Assembly: GCA_951406725.2 (NCBI GenBank)
Contig: OX597832.1
Location: forward strand, 69,130,001 to 69,194,000
Direction of reading: 5' to 3'
Source of the DNA: Octopus vulgaris
Lineage: Eukaryota
DNA: 64,000 nt
Numbering within the stretch: the stretch's first letter is position 1; each line of letters begins with the position of its first letter. Shown here in pieces: positions 50,682 through 64,000 of this stretch. The notes below the pieces were generated by a model. The model saw nothing but the letters and a program-made list of their open reading frames with translations. It did no database searches and had not been told where the DNA came from. The translations under genes and the position numbers were made by a program.

Positions 50682-51222
50682 CGTTTTGGGATTTGGTTTG
50701 CAAGATTCCTTAAGTGAGTTCATGTGTTGAAGCATTATTCTGTTGTGTCTACGGAGAGTCATTCCCTTTTAGAGCCTTATTATTTAACACACTGACCAGT
50801 TCAGTTTTCAATCATTTATTTATTTTTCTAAAATTTTCGTTACATCTTGCAACCTTTTCAATAGTCTTTGACCCGGTCCGTTCTCCAAGCTGCATTCTTT
50901 TTGTTTGTTTGTGTGCATGTGTATGGGTCACTTTGTTTACAATACACTGCTGGCAGAAGTAGATGGCAACTAGCTTGAAACTGGGCCAGTCCCATGATCC
51001 TGTTAGCTGATGGAGTGTAAGTAGAGGTTCACTCTCCCTACTAGCGATGTATTGTATATAAAAGATGCAGAACATTGCATTGAGAACCAGCTGGTGGAGA
51101 ATTTGCTTGGGGTTAAACTAGTAGTAACATTCAACTGCCACTTGGATGTGGCAACTCTCTTTACTGTTTATAACACATTACTACTCTGTCTCGTCTTCAG
51201 ATTTTTATAACAAGCTTCTTTG

Positions 51223-51261
<39 letters not shown>

Positions 51262-51279
51262 ATTATTATTATTGTTATT

Positions 51280-51740
51280 GAGTGAGCGAGCAGAGCATGC
51301 CATCAAAGTGACACTGGGGTAAAATATACGAAGCCCAGTATACCCATCATGACTACCCGTCTGATAAGAGTACACCAGGCACATGCATCACAACCATATG
51401 TGCGCGACATGGTGATCTCATATCAAGATAAACAGCACATGACCTTGCAGGTGGAGCCCAGTTAGAATTTTCTTCACATCGAGTAACCCATCCCACTCAA
51501 AAGGTCCCTGAATAAGGGTTGTTTAAGGACGTTGAACGAAGCACCCATGTTTCCAAAGGTGAATTATTCAAACCCCAAAGAATCCTTCTCAACACATGGC
51601 TATGATGCTCCCCCACTACTTCTGCTCGTGATCAGAGATGCACATATCGTCAGCCACTAAGGGACATGGTCAACTGGTTAAGGTCAAACAACTGACAAGC
51701 AAATCTGTGGTATTGAGCAGAATATTTGCTGTAGCCCACA
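51280..51740 (-). mobile_element. Unclassified element inserted in (TAA)n
   Basis: GC-richer block with sharp (TTA)n flanks on both sides; 51690-51738 matches 14135-14180. Confidence 0.6.
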
Positions 51741-52660
51741 TTATTATTATTATTATTATTATTATTAGGAAAGATTAGTTCCAAGTCCACAGGAATGAGA
51801 CATTCAAATTAGAGGTACTGAAGTACTTCTCTCAATATTTTATTCATAAATATAAAAGTAGTTTTAGAGACAGAACCACCCTCAACTCAATCAGCATTGA
51901 AAGATGTTATACCCGACCGAGCCATAAAATATTAAATATGATACTGTATCTATTCATAATCCCATACTTTCCATTTTAAAGACAACACGTATTTCATGAC
52001 AGTATGTTAGGTATTTTTGAGATATAAGGTCTCTAGTTTCAATACTCAATTAGATCGACATACTTCCAATCTTCAGGTCTGGATTCTACACATTTATTGC
52101 TCTATCTACATCTTATATAACTCAATGAAAATTGAAATTATTTGACTAAAAATCGTTAACATAATTTTAATTTACAAATTTATGAATAAAAATTAAAATA
52201 ATGAATGAACCTTAAAATTTTAAGGAACAAAAATTTATGGAATAAAAGAGGATAAAAAATACGAATAAAGAATACGAAATATAAATAAAAATAATGAGCA
52301 AAACGAATGTGGGATCAAATGGAATTTGCTGAGGAAGATTTTCTACAACCAGATGTCCTTCCTGTTGCCAACCTTCACTGGTTTCTAAATAATGATAATA
52401 TTGCTCCATGGCCAGACAGGTTATTCGCAGATGACTAGAAATGGACACCATTGCTTGTATGATGATGGTATTCATTCACAACCATCATATGATGTCTAGG
52501 CACCCCCACACACAGACATGAGAGGGTCAATAGGTCAAGTCCAGAGATGTTCAATGGAGAATGCATGTACTCAAATGATTTGAACTTATGCTCCAAACTT
52601 TTAATTGAAGTCTTTATACATCAAGCCCAAGATTGTTTATCTGCATCACTAGCTCTCTCT

Positions 52661-52700
<40 letters not shown>

Positions 52701-52701
52701 G

Positions 52702-52746
<45 letters not shown>

Positions 52747-53744
52747 TACATACATACATACATACATACATACATAAAATGAGCTTCTTTCAGTTTCCAT
52801 CTACCGAATCAAGTTACAGAGCTTTTGTCAGCCTGACATTGTAGTAGAAATCACTCACCTAAAATGTAGTTTTTAGAATCTAAAGCTCTAAGTTTGGGAG
52901 CAGGCTTCTTAGCTGCACAGCTATGTCTACACCTATTGCCACACTTACCCACACTCCTCATTCACCATCCTACCCGACACATAATGTTAATGATTGTATT
53001 TATGTCAAGTTTTATATGTTTATTTGTATGGAAAGCTTGAATCGAAGCTCTGGTCAGACAGCAAAGCAGCAAGGGAGGCTGAGGTCTATCAAGCATGTAT
53101 AGTAATTTCACTGTTATGGATGAAAGACGTGGACAAACTTCCACAGGCATATCCAATATCCTAAGTAATTCCACCAGTGATGCTTTAATGATATCCTAAA
53201 AATGTCCATACCAGCATGGCAGGTGGACGTTATATGATGATCATGATGATGATGATGATGATGATGTCATGGCAATCTCATGCACCTGTTACAAGAGCAT
53301 TACAGCTGATGAAGTTACTCAGTAAGGATTAATTCGTTGATTTTGACTGACAAGCTTACATGGTCTGGCTATCTTATCCATTTAGAGGACACCCACATTC
53401 CAAAATAGGTGTTGTATGATGATCTGAGCAAGGAAACTAGCCTCAGTGCAAGCCAGACCTGCATCTCAAAGGTAATCTTAAAGATACACTTAAAAAGATC
53501 AATGTTAACACCAATTCTTGAGTCATTTTCGTGGCTGTGTGATCAAGAAGCTTTCCTCCCTAAACCATAGCTATGGCTTCAGTCTCATTGTGTTGCACCT
53601 TGGAAAAGCAAAAGCTTGTCATGAGCTTTGCCCGATGGAAACTGAAAGAAGTCCACCATATGTATGCATGTGTGTATGTGTACATGTGTGCGTGCATGCC
53701 TGTAAGCATGTGTGTATGTATGTGCACACATGCATATGTCTGTG

Positions 53745-54270
53745 TTTTTGTTACCTAAGAGATGCAACAAGCAAAAGAGGTGATTGCTTTGAAAGTCTTG
53801 TAGCCAGAGCAAGGACTGCTTAGAGAAAGTTCAACAAGAAAAATGTTTTCTCTAAGAGTGGAAAGCAGACTGTATGATGCTTGTGTTAATATTGCAATGC
53901 TGCATGGCAGTGAGACATGGGTTTTGAATGAAGAAGACTTGGGAAAACGAACAAGAAATGAAGCACAAATATTCTGCTGGATGTGCAATGTGAGTGTGCA
54001 AGAAAGAATTAGTAGAAAGGTACAAATTGAAAAACTATGCCTGTGAGGAACGAGATATTGTGCACAGGAAAAGAGTGTGTGCTGGTATGGACATGTGATG
54101 CATATGGAATGAGCATGGCTATATAAAGAAGTGCCAATTGCTAAACATGGTTGGAACTAGTGGAAGCAGGAGACCCAGGAAGACATGGAATGAAGTGAAC
54201 TCTAAGCTTGGTGGGGGAGATGACAAAGGATCTGTATCTCTGGTTATACGAGGTGAGTGAAAAGATCCAC
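53745..54270 (+). mobile_element. Degenerate RTE LINE 3' fragment (family of 32633-33300)
   Basis: FSLRVESRLYDACV..AMLHGSETWVL..WMCNVS..WYGHVM. Confidence 0.8.
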
Positions 54271-55762
54271 CCTTGTCAACATGGTTATATTTTTGTTAGT
54301 CCTTTTGCTTTGACACTGAATCAGAGTTATAAATGATTGTCACTGTCATACAAGCAGTGTCCTTCATTTCCAATCTTCCATGGAAATATGTCTGGCCATG
54401 GGAAAACATTACCTCACTTAGAGACAGGTTAGTGTTGATGACAGGAAGAGCATCTAGCTGTAGAAATTCTGTTTCAACAAATTCTGTCCATCCCGTGCAA
54501 GCAAGCAAAAGTGGACATTAAAATGATGAAGATGACAACACTATATTTACTTATTACATTGGTTTCAAAGAGAAGATTATTTTTGGCCACAGATAGCTTT
54601 GACAAACCAAAAGATAAAGACATAAAAAGGAAGTGAAATAAAGAGAAGAATCATAACTCTGTAGGATACCGGAACTTCATTGACCTTGAATGAACGAAAG
54701 GCAAACTTGGTCATGGTGGGATTTGAACTTAGACTGTAGAAAGCTGGAATGGTTACTATCATGTATCGAACACACAACACTGTCAATTCTCCTTAAGAAG
54801 TAAATTAGAAGCAGTTCATTGTTAAAAGATGAAGGGTTGACCTTCACCAAAAACTCAGCTGATAGCAAACTTTGTCCTACACGTGATAGCAGCTCTTTGA
54901 CATATGCTCGTATGTTGGTAACACATGGACACTGAAGCAGTGCACACAAAATGATTTCATTTCAAAGTGGTGCACCTCAAACAGTTTCTGGCATATCTCT
55001 GCCTAAACAGCTTGTCCCAGACAAGTTTCATCTGTTAGAAATAGCAGCCATATTCAGTCAAATGCCTCCTATTGCCTTTTGCAAAAAGAAAGGTTTCATT
55101 GAACAATGAAGTCTCTGACATATGTAAAGACTGGTTGGTCATGGTTGGAAAGCTTTTGATGATATGCCTCCTCATTTTGGGCTGGGGTGGGATTAAGCAT
55201 CATCATCATCAACTACTTATGGATAATGCTGTTGAATCCTACCTCCAGCCCCACCTCCACCCCTGAGAGAAGAGAACCAAAGTTGCCCCCCGACCAGCTT
55301 ATGAACACAGAAATATGAGGGGTGTAACTCAATCACTAAATACCCACAAGGCGATTAACTCAGGGCGCTCTACTGATTATGTCATTAACTGCCATCAGCT
55401 AATTATTTACATAACAAATAAGTAAATAAATGAATAATCAAATGAAGGCAAACAATAAAAAAGATACTACTTCTTGTACACACACATGCACACACATATA
55501 TATATCTGAAGTATTTGCATAATTTTAGATTCAGAAAATATTCATCTAATTAATAGAATAATCTTTTGTTGGACAAAGACATAAAAATGAAAAGAAAAAA
55601 ACAACAACAAATACCTATTATATTTTAATTGTTCATTCTTCTTACAATTTGAAACAATGACAACTGGCTGTTGTTGTTGTTATTGTTGTTGCTGTTGCTG
55701 TTGTTGATGTACTCATTTCATGTTCACTCATTTCATTTTTGCTCCTCTTTTTTCTTTTCACG

Positions 55763-55796
<34 letters not shown>

Positions 55797-56326
55797 CCTC
55801 TTTTTCTTCTCTCATTCTTCTTTTCCTTCTTCCCCTCCTCTCCCTTCTACTCTTCCTCCTCTGCCTCCCTCCTCCTCCTCCACATCACAATATTTAACCG
55901 AGGGCAACAGATTTCTTTAAGATTGCTTGAATTTCAATAAGATAATCACTTTAATTAATGCATTTAAATAGAAAATTATGAATGTCTCCTGAATTTACAT
56001 TAAATGGCAACCGAGAGAGAGATGGAGTTGTTAGCCAAGTTTCATAGAAATACTAGACTTTTCACATCAAACTGCCTACTTGTTTCCCCTCACCATTTTC
56101 TATGATTCCTTCTTTCTTTCTTTCTTAACTTCTATTTTTATTCATTGATAATTTCATTTTCTTTCCTGTCTCTTATTTTGTTTTTTGCATTATTTATATA
56201 TTTGTATTCCATTATTTTGCTGTAGTTAATTATACTAGTTAATTATACTAGTTACTGAGAAAACCATTTCCAGCACTCATTCTCCTGATAATTGTTATAG
56301 ATTTCTTTTCTGGTCGGGCATTCACC

Positions 56327-56393
<67 letters not shown>

Positions 56394-59300
56394 AATGTAA
56401 AAGTTAACATTTTTGACAATGAAATAGCTTAATGCAAATTTCCCGTCAATTACTTTTGTTTCACTTCTGGGAGAAAAACGAAAATATAAATGAAAAATAA
56501 AGCAAACAAGAAAAAGCACCATCACCATCACCACCGATGACAATGATCACAACAGCAACATCAACAACATTAACATTTGCTTATGCTAATTTCATCTGTT
56601 TAGACCATTTTAAGTTAATCAGTTAGTTATACTTCAGAGTGACAAAGGTAAGCAACACATTGAGATTCTTCAACTATATTATCTCCTATTATCTCAAAAT
56701 TGCACTTTATATAAGCAGTTTGAATGTTCAAATCACAGAAACAGTAGCATACTAAACTAAGCATCCAAGTGAGAAAATAATTAGGAAGAGGTGTCTCCCA
56801 CAAATTTTAACTACCAATATTAACATATATGAAGCAGAAGGGCAGCTTGTCCTCTCAGTGTATTCCCAGATGCTTTATGAGTGAGAAATAAAATAAAAGA
56901 TGATCTGTAATGGATTGAAGAATTTTTTGAACGTAGGACTGCTTCATCAAAACTAAAGAACTACAACAGCAGAGCATCAAACAAGATGTGTTTAGATAAA
57001 CTCAGAAAGGATTAAAAGTAAGACTTCTACTTGTGGGTTGTCATCCTGGCAGATAGGAGACAAGTCTCTTGATATGGGCAAGCTTTAAAGATGGAAAACA
57101 AGTCAGCTTGGATCCCATATGGGATGGCTTTTAGCAGGAAACTGACACTTACTCAATCTAGGATTATAAAGAAATCTTGAGAAACATGATGGTGAGTGTG
57201 CAGTTTTTGTCAAAGAGTTGTCCACTGACAAAATGGTAATACACGAATGTTGTTGGCTGGAATAATCTGTTATGTCAATAAGACCAATTGAGTTCCAGGA
57301 ATGTGCTGCTACTAGCATCTATATATTTGGTGACCATGGATGTTAGTAGCCAATCAAAGATTTCTATGACTTAGAATAAAATTTTAATCTGTGAAAGCTC
57401 AAACAAACAGGAGCCCCTCACAATAGAAGCTCAAGCTGCTAGAAGTAGCAGCCAATCTCTATAAAATCAGACTGTGGAACCTTAAAAATAGGAATCTTAT
57501 GAGAAACAATTTGTCTCTTAAATATTATGGAAAATAAAGGGAAAAAAGGAGGAAAACAGGAACCACAATAGGTTTTGCTGATTTGCCAGAAAAAACAACC
57601 AAATCTCTCTTCAATTAAAACCTATTGGCATTAAAAATGAGAATAACTCACTGGATAAAGAAGACTGCTGAAAATTAAGTCTAAAAAGTTTTCTATGAAT
57701 AACTAATAATTAGCAGCAATCTAGACATTGTTTGTTATACATCTTGTATTCAGAGAACATAAAAAGTAATACAAATGGAGGTGGACAGAGTGTAGCGCGC
57801 AAATGATTTCTAATATCAGATAATCGCATGTGTGCTACGCTTGATTGACATTAATCAAATAATTTACACAACAACAAATTGGTTGGAAAGAGAAACTTGT
57901 ACAAAGGTGTTTGAACAACTATAAATAGCAGCCAAATCTCCCTCAAATTTTAATCTAGTGTCTTAGGAAAAAAAAAGGAGGAATACATAAACCTAGATAC
58001 TTTTTGGATAAAAAATGAAATATTCTATTGCTTTACAAGCTTCAGTCATTAGAAAGGTCATGGTTGGAAAGTTGTCATACATCTGACAGATAAGGGCAAG
58101 GATTAAGCCCATACAACAACAAAGACGGTATAAAGAAAATGTAAGCAGTTTTTCACAAGATCTTATGTGAAATATCACCAAAGATATAATCCTTATACAA
58201 AGTATAAGCAGAGTGGGAACTGGTTTGGTTGTGGGGTTGACCATTGCCAGATGAGTAGATTTAGTAGGCAGAAACTGTGTGGAAGCCTTCCATGTGTGTG
58301 TGTGAATGTATTTGCCCCCTACTGCTTGAAAACCAGTGCTAGTTTGCTTACATCTCTGTAACATAGCAGCCCGAAAAATAAACACAGGGGCTGATTAGAT
58401 TGAGTAAATGCTTCGAGGCCATGCCCCAGCATGGCCACAGTTGATGAGTGAAACAAGTAAAAGAGGAATACATACAACAACCCAGCTCTGCAAAAGTGAT
58501 TCCTTTCAAAGAAACCTTACCAGAGGGGCATGGAGAGAGGACATATCCACAGAACAACAACCTTATCAAAGGACTCGTCAATGCTGAATTAATTGCATTG
58601 CCAACTCATAGAACATTCACCTTGTCAGCATCCATTTTGCTGGACTATGGCCCCTGGGGGATATTGGTTCAAAACAGAGCATATTACTCCTTGATAAGAT
58701 ATGAAAAATCTATGTTTTGGTTGGTCACTAAAACTTTAATAAGTGACACCACCACCACCTCACCCATTTTCAATTCACATTCTAATAAATCAGTCAATAA
58801 ATTTAATTATTCAAAATAATGGTTTTCTAAAAATTCATTCCATAACATGCACAATGGCTTCCAAAGTTAATTAATCTACTGGACTTCTGAACACAAGCTC
58901 ATGTACTCCAAATTTACAGCTAGAAAATACAATATGGCTTTTTTTCTTTTTAATATTCCACTAGTTGGTCATGGTTCATAACTTTACATGCTTTGATTAA
59001 CAAAAAATTCCAAAGTTGACATATAAAAAAAAATTCGCCCTCTTTTATGCTGAGCCAGCCACCCATGACTGGCTGTGTTAAAAACGTTCATATTTAAATT
59101 AAAATCATAAAACCTCACTACAACGTCAATGAGAACATGAGATTTCTTGCAGAGACACAAGGACAAAAATTTCTGCAAAGAGGGGAGTTAATCACATAAA
59201 CCAAATTCCATGAGGGTTTAATGACAGAAAATATAGAAATGGAATTTAATGCCTTAAAGTATTTTGGTTGCCCTTCTGCCAGCTCTGCAAATCTCCTGCT

Positions 59301-60639
59301 TTATAATAACAATAGCACTTAGAGCCTCTAAGGAGTGGTTCAATTTGCTAGAAATAGCTGGAATATATCTCTCAAATTACAGTCTACCATCATAACAATG
59401 GATGGTCACATTGTCACATTTAACAGGGAGGTCTGAAATATACTACATCTGAATAAAATGATGAGAAGGTCAAGACTGTAGCATGATTGATCATGTTCCT
59501 GCTCAATTGCAGCTGTCCTGGGGTTAAACAAAAGCATAAAATAATGGTTTCTAAAACAGGCAAGAAGTGAAGGGGCTGTTTTGATAGGAAAAGGTTAGGT
59601 AAGTAAAAGTCCCAGTACATAGGGTTTCAGGTTAAATAAAAAAAAAGGGGGTGGGGTTATGTAAAATTTTCAAGATATGTTTCAGAACAGGGGTTGGCAT
59701 ATTTTTGTCAGTGACCCCCATCCCTCCCAACCCCTCATGGAATCCTTGTTAACTTATCAGCTCCCATCATGTAAATTTCTAAAATGAAATTAAAAGTATA
59801 ATTTTAAAATTTTCTAATCTAAAAGCAAGAATTGCTATGTTACCAGTTTTTATTAAGAAATGTTTAAAGAAACTTAATAAAAATAATTAACAAAATTGAT
59901 AAAAAACAAAAATTCAGTCATGTTAAGTTGATAGAGTCAGAATATTTAATGTGGAGTATGTGTTTGATAAATACTAGTTATTTCAAATATATTTGGCTGG
60001 AAATTAGTGAGTTTTAGCCTTAAATAACCCATGCTCCACCAAATTCAGTTTGCTAGGAATTCTGTACCTTTAATAATCAAATCATTTCAGGTGTTTATCT
60101 ACCTCTCAGGTAGCCACATAGCCTGCCTCAAGGACATCATTCTTTATTGTTCTCAAATGATGGAAATCAATCATTTCATTCCAAAATTAGCATCCCAGTA
60201 TAAGGGAGAATCACAATTAGGGATAAGGATATGTAAATGAACCGAAACTTAATCATAACATTGGGCAATGTACAAGCACATGTGACCTGACCAGTAAACA
60301 CACTCAGAACTGAGCAGCAGACAAAAGCCATTTTTTGAAATGTCAACTAGAAATGGCAAATGTCTGCATCACCCTTGTTGTATATTATTACCTGAACTTT
60401 GTGCTTGTCTCAGGTAGTATGTGACCAAGGTAGAGTCTGTATATTTCTTGTGGCAAGTTTGGTTTCATTCAGAGAAGGAAGTTCATTTATTGCAGCTTCT
60501 CTACAGAAGGCTCAGTATGTGCTGGTTGATGCTGTGTAGCCACCTGTCAAGGCTCCAACATACTCAGAAATTTCTAGATTTTTAAACAAGTGTTTATCCA
60601 TTAACAGGAACATTTTCTTTGCCTCTTTTACAGAGTTGC

Positions 60640-60830
60640 AGTCATGAGAGAAGCAAAGCCCAAGACTGGATATACCGCAGGCACTCGATGTCCTCCACCA
60701 GCCATGAATTTCAGTCAGTGGAACAACCTGATGAGAATTCTACAGAGAATTAAGGTTGGAATTTTTGGAAAGACTCACGGTAGCAATGAACATGTTTTAA
60801 GTAATATATTCCAGAGGTCTATGCACAACT
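60640..60830 (+). mobile_element. Highly decayed LINE ORF2 C-terminal fragment
   Basis: Frame PRLDIPQALDVLHQ..RELRLEFLER..NMF*VI loosely resembles RP.LEY...WDP..LGW..L..RR..MFYKI. Confidence 0.3.
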
Positions 60831-63800
60831 TCCAAAATTCCTTGTCCGTCGAGTTCTACACTGGCTTTGGGCCTAAATCAGAAACCACTCAAGGCAGCAA
60901 GTTGGCAGAATTGCTTCTGTGTTGGACAAAATACCTGGTGGTATTTCCTCCACCTCTTTACACACAGAGCTCAATTCCTACTAGGGTTCACTTTGCCTTT
61001 CATCCTTTCAAGGTCGATAAAATAAAGGGCCAGTCTACCATTAGGGCCGGTGGTATAAGCCAACAACATTCTCTTTGAGACTCTTAGCATTGGGCATAAT
61101 TTAGAACCTTATTATTAATATTGTTGTTGCTATTGCTGTTGTTGTGCTTGTTTTGCTTTTTATTTTCTTATTTTATAGAATTAGTTTGGGGGGCATGTGC
61201 ACACACACACACAAACACACACACAAACACACACACACACACACACAAACACACACATTCTAAATTTTCAGGAGACAAATTAAAGGGAAACTGTAAATGT
61301 GCTTCTTACATAACTGTTCTAATTTTTTTTTTTTTCTTTATTAGTGATTCTGCATTAGAGGAGAGGATAGAAAGTGTGACAAAGGGTTTTTGAGGGCCTG
61401 AATTAGAATAAAAAGGTGAATTCAATTTATGAAAGAACAATTGAGATCTTTACCTGAACAGATTGGGTTTCAGTTGCTTCCACATCCAAGGCATTTTTCT
61501 GATTCTTAACTTCTTCAAGAAGATAATTGATCTGCAGATTCAGTTCCTAAAGATAAGAAGAAAATGATTTGTAGATTGGTAAGTCATAGGGGAATGTACT
61601 AAATTCAGGACAAAGCACAATATACACACAAGCACACATACAGATATATATATCCTTACTGACTTAAGTTTGCTTCACCTGTCAAAACAAATGATCAAAT
61701 GAAAACAAAGATTGTTATTTTGCACAAAGAACAAGGCTAAAATCTTCATTTCAAATTTCACTCTACTTGGAAGTTCTGGCATTCTAGAGGCTTCTTACAG
61801 TGTGTATCTTGATTAACTGTTGTCAACCTCCTGAGTTTAAGTACACTTATCGCCATCATTTAAAATCTGTCTTCCATGCAGACATGAGTCAGACAGTTTA
61901 ACAAGATTCAACAAGCTGGAGGACTGTGGTGAGTGCCAATATCTGCTTTGTTATGACTTCTACAGCTGGATTCCATTTTACAGAAGGCATTGAGTGCTTT
62001 TATTTTTCTGATATTAATGAAGCCACAGAGTAAGAGCAAGACAATGAAAATGAATTCTCAATTTGAAAATGGTTGAAAAAAGCGGGGACATGGCTTTATG
62101 CCAGGTGGTAAGAAGCTAAATAAGATACAGGGACAAGCACAGGTGTTTTGCTTGAGAGGAAGTACATGGCTACCCCAGTGTTATATAAGGGTGGGTATAG
62201 TTTGAATGAAGCCAAACATGAGGTGACAAGATGTCAGAGATTACTCACAGGCAATAGGAAGGTGAGTAAAGAAGAGAATAGAGAAGAGGACCCAGAAGGT
62301 TGGTGTAAAGTTCATAAGAGCATTAGGGGAGAGTTGACTGGTAGTTAGAGATGGGCTGGGAGTGAATGTAATGATTGGTAAATATAAAGGGATGATGCGT
62401 GGCTGAGGGTAAATATCAGTAAAGAAAGATGAAAATGACAGAAATAAGAGTGAGTCAAGAAGAAGATGATAAAAGGCAAATCAGGAAGTGTAGGAAGCAG
62501 CAGCAGAATACACCTGCAGTTGGTGTTTATAAAATATTATAAATTAAGATTCATAACAACGAATTCTGTCAAATGAATAATTGCCTTGATTAGATAAATT
62601 GAAGAGGTTTCAGGTTCATGTGTACCTGGTTGCCGCAAAAGACAATCCCAGGTATTTCAAAAAGTCTCTAACAATATTTTCTTTACTTCAACAGGTGAGA
62701 ATTTTTCCAGTTATATACAGACTTGCTTGTACATTTCAGTCAATATTTACTCATTCTTTCGTGGTTAATTGCTGTTTATAAGAGTATTTCATGAGCACCT
62801 GTCCCTAAGAAATCTCCAGATGTTCTAAAAGTTTTAGTGGCAGGTTATTAGACAAAAATTCACACAAGTTATACATCGTACATAGTCCCAACCAATTTCA
62901 AGTAAGCTGTAAAGCACTTTCATACACTAATTAAATTATGATGACTCATATGTGTCTAATTACTATATGTGTGTTGTGTGTGTGGGAGTGTATTCAGTTA
63001 CATATGTGTCTGTGGACGTATGCACACACATACACACACTCACACACATGTACATATATGTGTATATTACTTGATAAAGATATGTAGTGGAATGTATTTG
63101 TATTCCTTAACCAATACAAGTTGATTTAGAGTACTGGCTCCAACTCGTTTCACCACTCACACATGCACTCATGCACACACACACACATATTTCAAGCTCC
63201 TGCTCCACTGCCCATAATACTGTCTGTCTTGCTTCTTCAGGATTTTACTCTGGCACCCTAACCCTACCTTTTTTTTTTTTTTGCTCAGTTACTCCCACCC
63301 TTATATAATCATTTCTACTGGAAACACAAGGCCTCAAATTTGGGGGAAAGGATTAAGTTGATTGCATAACTGGTACTTATTTAATTAACTCCAAAAGGAT
63401 GAAAGGCAAAGTCAACCTTGGTGGAATTTGAACTCAGAATGTAGCGGCATACGAAATACCACTAAGCATTTCAGCCAGTGTGCTAACCATTCTGTCAACT
63501 CGCCACTTTTCCCACCCTTATATAATGCAGGATGGCCATATATCTTCTTCATAGCAAGACAATTCTGCTGTTCCCAGGTATAGAAATCACCTCCCCACTC
63601 GCTCAAATATCTCATCACCACACCACATATTCAAGAGAGCTATTTCTTTTTGTTCTGCCACCTTATTCCTTTTTTTTTTTGGTCTTGCAAGTTGCTTGGC
63701 AACTCCATTAGTGCCAGAAGCATGAAAAATGCCCTCTGTATGCACTGTAAAAATGGTTGACATTGGGGAAGGCATACAGCCATAGAAACTGTGCCAAAGC

Positions 63801-63890
63801 TGACTCTGGGGTATAATACAGCCCTGTGACTCACAGGATCCTTTCAAACTGCCCAACCCATGCCAGCATGGAAAACATACATTAAATGAC

Positions 63891-63921
<31 letters not shown>

Positions 63922-64000
63922 GCAGTGATGATGACAATGATATAAGTAGCTGTTTGTCTTTATATATAAAATCATACATATTGAGAGAAAAGAAATGGAA

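Noticed and set aside
60724-60760. CTGATGA followed by a hairpin
   Set aside because: No GAAA/NUH half-core; chance match within decayed LINE-like sequence.
60634-61078. Host exon after the polypyrimidine-ACAG acceptor, or the 144-aa ORF
   Set aside because: No convincing donor site or protein similarity; the ORF runs into a SINE and the region resembles a decayed LINE end.

Overview
AT-rich, gene-poor eukaryotic DNA dominated by microsatellites, tRNA-derived SINEs and decayed LINEs. The repeat make-up strongly resembles a coleoid cephalopod (Octopus-like) genome; this is inferred from pattern recognition, not a search. No host protein-coding exon is supported, and almost all listed ORFs are microsatellite or antisense artefacts. 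The real coding remnants are retrotransposons: RTE-clade LINEs, a CR1/L2/Jockey-group LINE family (CCCH-finger ORF1, APE, RT), and a head-to-tail cluster of R4/Dong-type RLE LINEs in (TAA)n. The standout signal is a set of hammerhead-ribozyme (HHR) elements. (1) A very young, highly structured, circularly permuted 362-bp unit at 40001-40871 lies in both orientations inside a (TA)n tract and carries a type I HHR with a U3-A8 core variant, as expected of a retrozyme/circRNA-type element. (2) A canonical-core HHR at 17349-17475 has a 100-nt multi-helix stem II. (3) Several decayed HHRs are present, including one inside a tRNA-headed SINE. Other notable items are a ~600-bp-arm inverted duplication and a SINE/LINE pair sharing a covarying 3' stem-loop. 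Repeat boundaries were read by eye and are approximate.
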